Shown one piece after another: positions 56,201 through 64,000 of a stretch of 64,000 bases of DNA. Made by a program: the position numbers and the translations under genes. The stretch is from Heteronotia binoei (lineage: Eukaryota), in assembly GCF_032191835.1 (NCBI RefSeq), contig NC_083224.1:190960001-191024000 (forward strand). The letters run 5' to 3'. The notes beneath the pieces are model-generated. The model was given only the letters and a program-made list of their open reading frames with translations, had not been told where the DNA came from and searched no databases. How positions within the stretch are numbered: position 1 is the first letter of the stretch; every line of letters starts with the position of its first letter.

Positions 56201-59023
56201 GCAGGGGTCCTCAAACTTTTTAAATAGGGGGCCAGTTCACTGTCTCTCAAGACTGTTGGAGGGCCGGACTATAGTAAAAACAAAAACTGTCTGTTGTGGT
56301 GGCTGCCGTTACTGTACAAGGACGCGGGCCGTCAGTTCTCTGTCTTCTGCATCTCTCTCTCTCTTCCCAATACCACACACCCCGGCCTGGAAACTCACCT
56401 CACCTCGGTATCGCCTCACACTCTGTCTCCACCGCCTCAGCCCAGTGCCGGAAGTGTGCGTTGCTAACGCGAGTTTAGGTCGAACGTCACTTCCGGTCTG
56501 ATTTTGCCATAACCCGGCGGGCTGCATAAACGTCCTCTGCGGGCCACATCTGGCCCTCGGGCTGTAGTTTGAGGACCCCTGGCTTATAGTGATCCTAGAT
56601 ATGCATTTGAATTGCATTTGTAATTGGGTTATTGTTTAGTGCCAATAGCTGTTGTTGCCTTCCCTTCCTGTGTTTCCTCTCAATGTTACCCAGTGGCCAT
56701 CCAGGTGCCTTGGAGGGCGTAGAGGCCAAGGGCTTCCGTGGAAGTTGCTTGTCTGTCTCTGGGTTCAGAGTGTTGCAGCCTCAGAGTATGGAGGTTCCCT
56801 TTATTAGCCATGGATTTGCCTCTGTTCGTTTTAAAGGCCTCTGTGCCTGTTGCCATCAGTGCATCTTCTGCAATTCCACATTTTAAGCGCTCTGAGTTAA
56901 GAACTACTTCCTTTTGTCCCTCCTTGGATGCCCCTGAGTTCTGCTGTTACGGGAGACCAGGGAGTTAACCTGAAGTGCTTTGGTCGCTTTAGGCCAAGAG
57001 TCAGTTTAAGCGCAGATCCACAGCTAACAACGTGGAGATTCACATTCCTGTCCCCAACGATGCCGACTCGCCCAAATTCAAGACCACCGTTGGGAGTGTG
57101 AAGTGGGTGCCGGAGAACAGCGCGGTCGTGTGGTCTGTCAAGTCCTTCCCGGTAAGCCGATGGGAGGGAGGGGCTTTTCCGCCAGAACTACTGCTGTTGC
57201 AGTGGGGAATCAGTAGGAATTCTGGGGGATTGGTCAGAAGTGGGCTTTCCGTTGTGTCTGTGGGGATGGGGTTGACTGCATCTCCCCCTTGAAAATGCCA
57301 GGCTTCATGGGGCTTGAGACTGGATTCCCCTTTCTCTAGGCAGCTTGCCTGTCTGTCTGAATGCCTTTTCACTCATGGAGGGGTTCCAGGCCAGTGGCTG
57401 GCTTTGCCTTTCTGATGGGAAAGGCGGCAGCAAGGGGGAACAGAACAGCACACTGGAGCGGGAGGGGCGGGGAAGAGAGGGAAAGTGAGGTTCTGAGCCA
57501 CAGGGCAGCCTTGGAGGGGGGGGATGTGAGAAGTTCTGATTCCCTGCCCTCACCTTGCAGGGCGGGAAGGAGTACCTGATGAGGGCCCATTTTGGGCTCC
57601 CGAGTGTCGAAGCGGAGGACAAAGAGGGGAAGCCGCCCATTAGTGTGAAGTTCGAGATCCCCTATTTCACCACTTCTGGCATCCAGGTGAGTCACTGTTT
57701 CGTTTTGGTGGGTCTCTGTGTTTCCTGGGAATAGGGGTGTACCATCCAGAAAGCAACTAGGGCCAGGGCTTTTTCAGTCTTGGCCCCGACCTGGTGGGAT
57801 CAGCTCCCTACAGAGATCCGGGACCTACCTGGCTTATTAGCCTTCTGTAGGGCCTGTAAAACGGAGCTGTTCCGCCAGGCTTTTAGCTGAGGCTGCAAGC
57901 GTCTATTCTTGATCTGGTTGGCCTCTCCTGCTGGCACTTCACCTGCGCTATAAAATGGAATAATATCTGCCATCTATGGGATAATGTCTTGTCACGATGT
58001 GAGATGGCCAGGCTGGACAATATTGTGATGATATGGAAAATGTTCTGAGTGCTGTCGAGTTGTTCGTTTATAGAATGTTTTTATTGTGTTTTATTGTTTT
58101 ATTACATGTTGTACTCTGCCCTGAGCCCTACGGGGAATGGGAGGAATAGAAATATACTAAATAAATAAACAAACAGAGGGGCATCTTAGGAAGTCTGAGG
58201 ATCCCCCTCAGTTGAGGACTTCCAAAACAGAAGGAGAAGATGATGATATTGGATTTATATCCCGCCCTCCACTCCGAAGAGTCTCAGAGCGGCTCACAAT
58301 CTCCTTTACCTTCCTCCCCCACAACAGACACCCTGTGAGGTGGGTGGGGCTGGAGAGGGCTCTCACAGCAGCTGCCCTTTCAAGGACAACCTCTGCCAGA
58401 GTTATGGCTGACCCAAGGCCATGCTAGCAGGTGCAAGTGGAGGAGTGGGGAATCAAACCCGGTTCTCCCAGATAAGAGTCCGCACACTTAACCACTATAC
58501 CAAACTGGCTCTCCTCCTGTTTCAGCTACAGGGTGAGAGAAACAGCACTGTCCGCTTTTTTCCCCAGGTGCGCTATTTGAAAATCATTGAGAAGAGCGGC
58601 TATCAGGCCTTGCCGTGGGTGCGCTACATCACCCAGAATGGAGGTAGGCGGGAGGACAGTTCCCCTGCTTTGTTCCCTGTGGGGTTTGGAGGAGGGATGG
58701 AGGCCTCTTCCCTGATAGGCGTTGAGGGGTGATTTGTCTCCATGCGGAGACAACAGGCTGGGGCTTGGGAGCAGAAGACAACACAGCTCCCGCTTCCTGT
58801 GCGCGCTGCTTCCTTTTCAGGCCTCGGCAGGAAGGGGGATGGAATAGGAGGCGACTTCGATGCCTTATCCCTTAGCAGCCGGGTGCTGGTGACGGGGGCT
58901 GCAGGGAAATGCGGGGGGGCTCCGTTTCTGGCCTCCCGTCCTCTGTGCCCGAGGGGCTGCAGGGAAAACGAACTCAGCGGAATGTTGCTTTCTGTTCTAG
59001 ATTATCAGCTACGGACCCAGTGA
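41147..59023 (+). CDS. AP1M1: AP-1 complex subunit mu-1, 423 aa
   Basis: Exons 41147-41188, 42668-42824, 44186-44253, 47287-47417, 50149-50296, 52342-52468, 53119-53261, 54189-54260, 56993-57151, 57561-57686, 58568-58643, 59001-59023; total 1272 nt. Reads [34 protein letters not shown]...YITQNGDYQLRTQ*, near-identical to mammalian mu1A. Confidence 0.97.
41271..41492. mobile_element. Short hAT MITE with family A-type TIRs in AP1M1 intron 1
   Basis: TAGGGTTGCCA...TGGCAACTCTA; internal similarity to the fragment near 2965-3060. Confidence 0.7.
41791..42530 (+). mobile_element. Squam3-like SINE array interrupted by a tRNA-Ala-like SINE fragment
   Basis: Head at 41791, second-family fragment at about 42005-42150, then three body modules and a tail. 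Confidence 0.75.
42825..44185 (+). other. U12-type (minor spliceosome) GT-AG intron, AP1M1 intron 2
   Basis: 5' site GTATCCTTT; branch-like CTCCTGAAC at 44165-44173 lies about 12 nt before the TAG acceptor; there is no long pyrimidine tract. Confidence 0.85.
43330..43990 (-). mobile_element. Old CR1 ORF2 fragment
   Basis: Minus-strand frame [22 protein letters not shown], a decayed KSPGPDxIHPRVLKE motif. Confidence 0.6.
45033..45285. mobile_element. Penelope-like element inverted terminal segment containing a hammerhead ribozyme
   Basis: ~62-bp inverted arms at 45033-45094 and 45190-45251; minus-strand CUGAGGA...GAAACGUC core. Confidence 0.8.
45093..45130 (-). ncRNA. Minimal type-I hammerhead ribozyme motif (TE-derived)
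   Basis: 5'-CCA CUGAGGA U GUUC GCAGCUGA GAAC GAAA CG UC/UGG-3'. Stem I CCA/UGG, stem II GUUC/GAAC, palindromic ACGU stem III, GUC cleavage triplet. Confidence 0.7.
45410..46935 (+). mobile_element. Internally deleted DIRS-like (tyrosine recombinase) retroelement remnant
   Basis: Degenerate inverted terminal repeats at about 45420-45520 and 46790-46900; Cys/His-rich ORF1-like frame at 45798-45965; 46669-46684 is complementary to 46918-46933 (ICR-like). Confidence 0.65.
46313..46556 (-). mobile_element. Squam3-like SINE inserted in the DIRS remnant
   Basis: Head near 46556, CORE-like segment, tail near 46313. Confidence 0.7.
47637..47867. mobile_element. Penelope-like inverted terminal segment (second family) with a decayed hammerhead
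   Basis: Inverted arms at 47637-47715 and 47745-47822; CTGAAGA...GAAAGCTT on the plus strand. Confidence 0.7.
50510..50703. repeat. 33-bp minisatellite (~6 copies) in AP1M1 intron 5
   Basis: Unit GGGGTGTGGCTTCACAGGGCCCTGGTGAGCCAA. Confidence 0.9.
51007..51575. mobile_element. Non-autonomous element with ~137-bp terminal inverted repeats
   Basis: 51007-51143 is the reverse complement of 51438-51575 with scattered mismatches; the ends read TGTAAC...GTTACA. Confidence 0.7.
52006..52172. mobile_element. Palindromic MITE (CAGGGCTTTTTT TIR), right end truncated
   Basis: Self-complementary along its length; a related split copy lies at 61176-61197 plus 62449-62607. Confidence 0.75.
52636..52980 (-). 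repeat. 67-bp tandem repeat (x5) of the extreme CR1 3' terminus
   Basis: Unit starts at 52636, 52703, 52770, 52837, 52904 and 52971. Confidence 0.85.
53613..53870 (+). mobile_element. Squam3-like SINE
   Basis: gagagccagttctagtggttaag head through the ...tcttcttctt tail. Confidence 0.7.
54817..55800 (-). mobile_element. Young 5'-truncated L2-clade LINE
   Basis: Open 258-codon frame 55039-55815 ([11 protein letters not shown]...SRLDYCN...LHWLPI...WNRLP), 3' UTR, and an (AAT)n tail at 54817-54831. Confidence 0.9.
56202..56581. mobile_element. hAT-Charlie-type MITE (OC1/nhAT-like TIR)
   Basis: TIR CAGGGGTCCTCAAACT...AGTTTGAGGACCCCTG with a perfect 8-bp TSD GCTTATAG. Confidence 0.9.
57755..58175 (+). 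mobile_element. L2 3' end fragment
   Basis: WN.LP-like coding remnant and a gccctgagcc...ggaatagaaat...aataaataaa tail. Confidence 0.6.
58224..58512 (-). mobile_element. Squam3-like SINE, full length
   Basis: Near-identical to the copy at 62180-62448. Confidence 0.8.
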
Positions 59024-60537
59024 GATTCTTCCAGCGAACACAGACAAGAACAGAAGCTAAATCGGGTGCTTGAACGTCTTGGAGGCTGTCTTGGGAGCAG
59101 TGGGGGTAACTTGTTCCCTGGCTAGGAGAGGGATCGCTCACGCTGCCCTTGACCGTGCACCACAAACCCAGCGCTTGAACCATTAGTGCAGACCTTGTGA
59201 ATGTTTTGATTTTGATTTTTTACCTGGTTGAGTGTTGATCATATTGTAAGTAGCAGTTGTCCTGAGAGGAGGAGGCCTGGAGAGAGCAGCCGCTTTGGTC
59301 TCTGAGCTGTAGAAGGTCCAATGCATTTGCACCGTATTCTTTCTTTCTTTTGAAGCTTTGAGAGCAGAAGCCAAGTGTGGCTTCCTGGAGAATTGCCTGC
59401 GCCACTTGGTGGTTCTAACAAATCCCAGGTTGTCGTTCCCCTCTTCTTTAGGGGTGTCTTGAAAGCCCTCTTTGGTGGTGCTGCAGCCTTACCGGAAGAG
59501 CGAGAGCGACCGTCATCTGTACGGTCCCCGGAGAGGCAATGTTTGCCAAGTCCCCCGTTTCATTGATGCCCCCCTGGTCAAGAAAGACCGGGACAACCCG
59601 GGGGGGTGAGAGGATATCCTTTCACACAGAGGGCAGACAATTAAAAATGGGTGCCTGAACTATGTCGTGCGGTAGAGCTGCGAGAGAAAATGGGGGGGTA
59701 TGTAGAGCTAGAGTAGTTTTTTCCAGGCAGCAAAGGATGCGGTGAGCCTGTCGCTGGAGTCAGACCAAATCAAGCTGCAGTTTAGACTGGGTTCAGCCTC
59801 AGCTCCTTCCTGACAGGCTGGTTTTCATCACCACAGCCCCAGAGCTGTCTGCAAGAGGGAGGCCAGAGCCGCGCACCCTTCAAAGGTGACCGCTACATCC
59901 GACTTGAGGAGAGAGCTGGCGTGGCTGCCCATTGCTTGGGGGAGACGTGTCCCTTGCCCCTTCTTGCCATGACACTCCTGAGAGATGATTGACGTGTGTC
60001 CGCTGAATGCCCAGTGCCTTCTCTGGGCAAAAAGGCAAAATGTTACAGGTGTCGTTCATTGTCTGAGTTGCCACTTCTGTTTTCATGTGTTTCCTTTTCC
60101 CCCTGCAGGACGGTGGCTTTCCGTTCCATCGTATGTTTACAAGGGCTACTTCAGTGTTTGCTTTTTTTAAAGGCAGGTTTAAAATGAATTTCGGAACCCT
60201 GATGCTCAAGATGCGTTAAACCAGAACGTTTCGAACGCTGTCCGTTTTGTCCCAGAAAGTGCCGATCAAGGGAAAGTTCAGGAACCCACCCCAGAGCAGT
60301 CCGGGGGGTGTGATCTTGTGAGTGCAGCTTTCCTGGAGTGGCACTTAAAATATTGGATGGGGCGAAATGCAGCTTCAAGGGGATTTTTGGAGGGGGGGGG
60401 CAGTGAAGGGGTTTATTTCACTTCTGCAAGAACCGCCTCACTGAAATCAGAACATTCTTGCTCCATGTAAGACACGCGGTCAATCGTGCATCATGTTTAG
60501 CAAAGGTCATTGTATTCGTTGCCTAAAAGTCTGTTGA

Positions 60538-60543
60538 AATAAA
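60538..60543 (+). terminator. Candidate polyadenylation signal for AP1M1
   Basis: AATAAA about 1.5 kb after the stop, followed by GT-rich sequence. Confidence 0.55.
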
Positions 60544-61194
60544 CTGAACTTTCTTGGTCCGTGTTGTTACTGCTGCTGTTTGTGGTCTGAAACGTCATCC
60601 CTGCAGGAAGCTGGAGGTGGAAGGGGGGGGGGATCCTCCGTCATGTGACTTGGCAAGAGTGCTTGGTGCTTGTCTGGCAGCTGGTGTGGGGGGGGGGGTA
60701 TCTTTCACAGTGTTATCAGAGACACCTTTCAAATGATGTGGTTTGAAATGAAGCCTGAATGCAGTTCTAGTGTGTGGCTGTCCTCTTGCTGCGTGGCCCT
60801 CTGCCCTCTTGTGGGGTGGAGGCCACAGAACCGCATCTTTGGCTGGCCTCCTGTGGCTGGAGTGTAGACTGTGTGGTCTGGCAGTCTGCCCTTGAGAGAC
60901 GGGGCCGGCAAGCGAGAGGGGGGGGAGGGAGGAAGAGGTATTTGTGGGCACCTGGCTAGGATGGGACAAGAACCGCTAGGACTGCTGGCCCCTGCCCCTT
61001 CTCCCCAGACAACTGGGGATATGTTGCCCATCGCTTATCCCCGTGCCAGTCCAAGCTTTACCTACTGAATGTTTGCCTGCCACCAAGCAGCTATTAAATG
61101 CAGGGAGCAGTCAGAAAGGAGGAAGGGGCCGCTCCCACTGTTGCCCCCCCCCCCAGCACCAAAGATACAGAGCATCAGGGCTTTTTTGTAGCAG

Positions 61195-61968
61195 GAAGAA
61201 GATGATGAAGATATTGGATTAATATCCCGCCCTCCACTCCGAAGAGTCTCAGAGCAGCTCACAGTCTCCTTTACCTTCCCCCCCCCCCCCACAACAGACA
61301 CCCTGTGAGGTAGATGAAGATATTGGATTATATCCTGCCCTCCACTCCGAAGAGTCTCAGAGCAGCTCACAATCTCCTTTACTTTCCTCCCCCACAACAG
61401 ACACCCTGTGAGGTAGATGAAGATATTGGATTATATCCTGCCCTCCACTCCGAAGAGTCTCAGAGCAGCTCACAATCTCCTTATCATAATGCCTCTATAA
61501 ATTGATGGTGCGGTCTCATTTGGAGTACAGTGTGCAGTTCTGGTCGCCGCACCTCAAAAAGGATATTATAGCATTGAAGAAAGTTCAGAAAAGGGCAACT
61601 AAAATGATTAAAGGGCTGGAACACCTTCCCTATGAAGAAAGGTTGAAATGCTTAGGGCTCTTTAGCTTGGAGAAACGTCGACTGAGGGGTGACATGATAG
61701 AAGTTTACAAGATAATGCATGGGATGGAGAAAGTAGAGAAAGAAGTACTTTTCTCCCTTTCTCACAATACAAGAACTCGTGGGCATTCGATGAAATTGCT
61801 GAGCAGACAAGTTAAAACGGATAAAAGGAAGTACTTCTTCACCCAAAGGGTGATTAACATGTGGAATTCACTGCCACAGGAGGTGGTGGCGTCCACAAGC
61901 ATAGCCACCTTCAAGAAGGGGTTAGATAAAAATATGGAGCAGAGGTCCATCAGTGGCTATTAGCCACA

Positions 61969-62000
<32 letters not shown>

Positions 62001-62448
62001 TTGGCCGCTGTGTGACACAGAATGTTGGACTGGATGGGCCATTGGCCTGATCTAACATGGCTTCTCTTATGTTCTTAGATGAAGATATTGGATTATATCC
62101 TGCCCTCCACTCCGAAGAGTCTCAGAGCAGCTCACAATCTCCTTTACCTTTCCCCCCCACAACAGACACGCTGTGAGGTAGATGAAGATATTGGATTTAT
62201 ATCCCGCCCTCCACTCCAAAGAGTCTCAGAGCGGCTCACAATCTCCTTTACCTTCCTCCCCCACAACAGACACCCTGTGAGGTGGGTGGGGCTGGAGAGG
62301 GCTCTCACAGCAGCTGCCCTTTCAAGGACAACCTCTGCCAGAGCTATGGCTGACCCAAGGCCATGCTAGCAGGTGCAAGTGGAGGAGTGGGGAATCAAAC
62401 CCGGTTCTCCCAGATAAGAGTCCGCACACTTAACCACTACACCAAACT
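61195..62448 (-). mobile_element. Squam3-like SINE with tandemly repeated ~113-bp 3' end, interrupted by CR1
   Basis: Five copies of gatgaagatattggatt...ccgaagagtctcagagc; CR1 is inserted after the third. Confidence 0.8.
61483..62077 (+). mobile_element. Young 5'-truncated CR1 3' end
   Basis: Uninterrupted ORF 61502-61963 (HLEYSVQFWSP...WNSLPQEVV...SISGY*), then a 3' UTR with (GT)n(AT)n and a TTCTTATG tail. Confidence 0.92.
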
Positions 62449-62990
62449 GGAACTCCTTTGCATGCTAGGCCACACACCCCTGATGTAGCCAGTCCTCCAA
62501 GAGCTTACACTAGGCTAAGAAGAGCCTTGGAAGCTCTTGGAGGATTGGCTACATCAGGAAGCTGTGGCCTAATAGGCAAAGGAGTTCCTGCTACAAAAAA
62601 AGCCCTGTAGAGTTCACTTGCCCCAGACAGAGAGTTCCAACAATAGCCACTGATGGACTTCTGCTCCATATGTGGATCCAGTCCCCTCTTGAAGCTGGCT
62701 ATGCTTGCAGCCGCCACCACCTCCTGTGGCAGTGAATTCCACATGTTAATCACCCTTTGGGTGAAGAAGGACTTCCTTTTATCCGTTCTAACCTGACTGC
62801 TCAGCAATTTCATCGAATGCCCACGAGTTCTTGTATTGTGAGAAAGGGAGAAAAGGACTTCTTTCTCTGCCTTCTCTATCCCATGCATAATCTTGTAAAG
62901 CTCTATCATGTCATGCTGTTGCATTTAAAGAAATTTTTGCAAACTTAAAAAGGTATGAATTGTATCCTTGCAGCATCTGAGACTTCACAT

Positions 62991-63734
62991 TTCTGGGGTC
63001 CAAGATCACCGCAGATGGTGACTGTAGCCATGAAATTAAAAGACGTTTGCTCCTTGGGAGGACGGCTATGGTGAACCTGGGCAGTATAATAAAAAGCAGA
63101 GACATCACCCTGCCAACAAAAGTCCACATAGTCAAAGCGATGGTATTCCCAGTAGTCATGTATGGCTGTGAGAGCTGGACCATAAGGAAGGCGCGAGCGC
63201 AGAAGAATAGATGCTTTTGAGCTGTGGTGCTGGAGAAGAATCTTGAGGGTCCCATGGACTGCAAGAAGATCCAATCAGTCAGCCCTAAGGGAATCAACCC
63301 AGACTGTTCCCTGGAAGGTCAGATGCTGAAGCTGAAGCTCAAATCCTTTGACCACCCAATGAGAGGGAGCACTCCCTGGAGAAGACTCTTGAGAGTCCCT
63401 TGGACTGCAAGAAGATCCAATCAGTCAGCCCTATGGGAAATACACCCAGACTGTTCCCTGGAAGGTCAGATGCTGAAGCTGAAGCTCAAATCCTTTGACC
63501 ACCCAATCGAGAAGGGAGCCCTCCCTGGAGAAGACCCCGATGCTGGGAAAGACAGAAGGCCAAAGAAGAAGACGGCAAAAGAGGAGATGGCTGGACAGCG
63601 TTACTGATGTAACCAAACACCAATGTGAGCAGACTTCGGAGGATGGTGGAAGACAGGAGGGCCTGGCGTGACTTGGTCCAGGGGTCGGAAAGAGTTGGGA
63701 CTCCTTGGCTGTGCCACTGAGCCAACAACAACAA
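62991..63734 (+). mobile_element. RTE-BovB LINE 3' fragment with a 146-bp internal tandem duplication
   Basis: Typical BovB ORF end (gatggtgactgtagccatgaaattaaaagacg..., ctgaagctgaagctc...) and a (CAA)n tail. Confidence 0.9.
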
Positions 63735-64000
63735 AGCGTCTGAGATTAACTGAGTTCTGTCCTGTGACTATTGTGGTTGTTTTCCCAGGGTTGAATCTTG
63801 GGGGTATTTATTCCGTCCCGCCCCCCAGCACAGGGCGGGCTGGCAGCTCCAGGGCTCAGAGCGCCCCCCCCCCCCCGCATGATGTCTGGGAGGCGCTTTT
63901 CTCCCCGCCCGCCCCCCTCCTCTCCACCCCCGGAGGGCGCCGCCGCCGGCAGGCAAAGAAGTCCCGGGGGGGCCCCAGCAGGAATTGCCCGGGCAACCCT

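Noticed and set aside
59614-59622. ATATCCTTT (U12 AT-AC donor) in the AP1M1 3' UTR
   Set aside because: A 9-mer is expected about once by chance in a window of this size, and no convincing U12 branch site or acceptor follows.
60586-60598. GAAACGTC hammerhead-like fragment (also at 2527 and 61673)
   Set aside because: No upstream CUGANGA or stem II in register.
63786-64000. GC-rich end with CAGGGTTG...GGCAACCCT, a possible MITE or start of a downstream promoter
   Set aside because: The TIR match is partial and the right end coincides with the window edge, so it cannot be resolved.

Overview
Vertebrate genomic DNA, almost certainly squamate and probably gecko, judged from the abundant Squam3-like CORE SINEs, a Sauria SINE, BovB and squamate-type CR1/L2. 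It is GC-rich and TE-dense, with one 412-N gap. Four intact multi-exon genes lie on the + strand: TPM4 (exons 1a, 2b, 3-8, with both terminal exons 9a and 9d), RAB8A (8 exons, 207 aa), FAM32A (4 exons, 111 aa) and AP1M1 (12 exons, 423 aa). I traced every exon to its splice sites by hand, and the lengths sum to full-length proteins. Most notable observations: (1) TPM4 exon 1b is internally deleted, Trp-rich and lacks a GT donor, suggesting loss of the usual short Tpm4 isoform while the striated 9a isoform is kept; (2) an antisense minimal type-I hammerhead ribozyme with an intact catalytic core sits in a Penelope-like inverted repeat in AP1M1 intron 3, next to an internally deleted DIRS-like element; (3) HSH2D and CIB3, which lie between RAB8A and FAM32A in human, are absent; (4) SINE and CR1 3' modules have repeatedly expanded into tandem arrays; (5) RAB8A intron 1 is largely a tandem array of decoy 3' splice sites and E-boxes, followed by a GC-AG intron; (6) AP1M1 intron 2 is a U12-type intron; (7) one hAT MITE family sits beside most promoters. 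TE family names come from recalled consensus features, not database searches.
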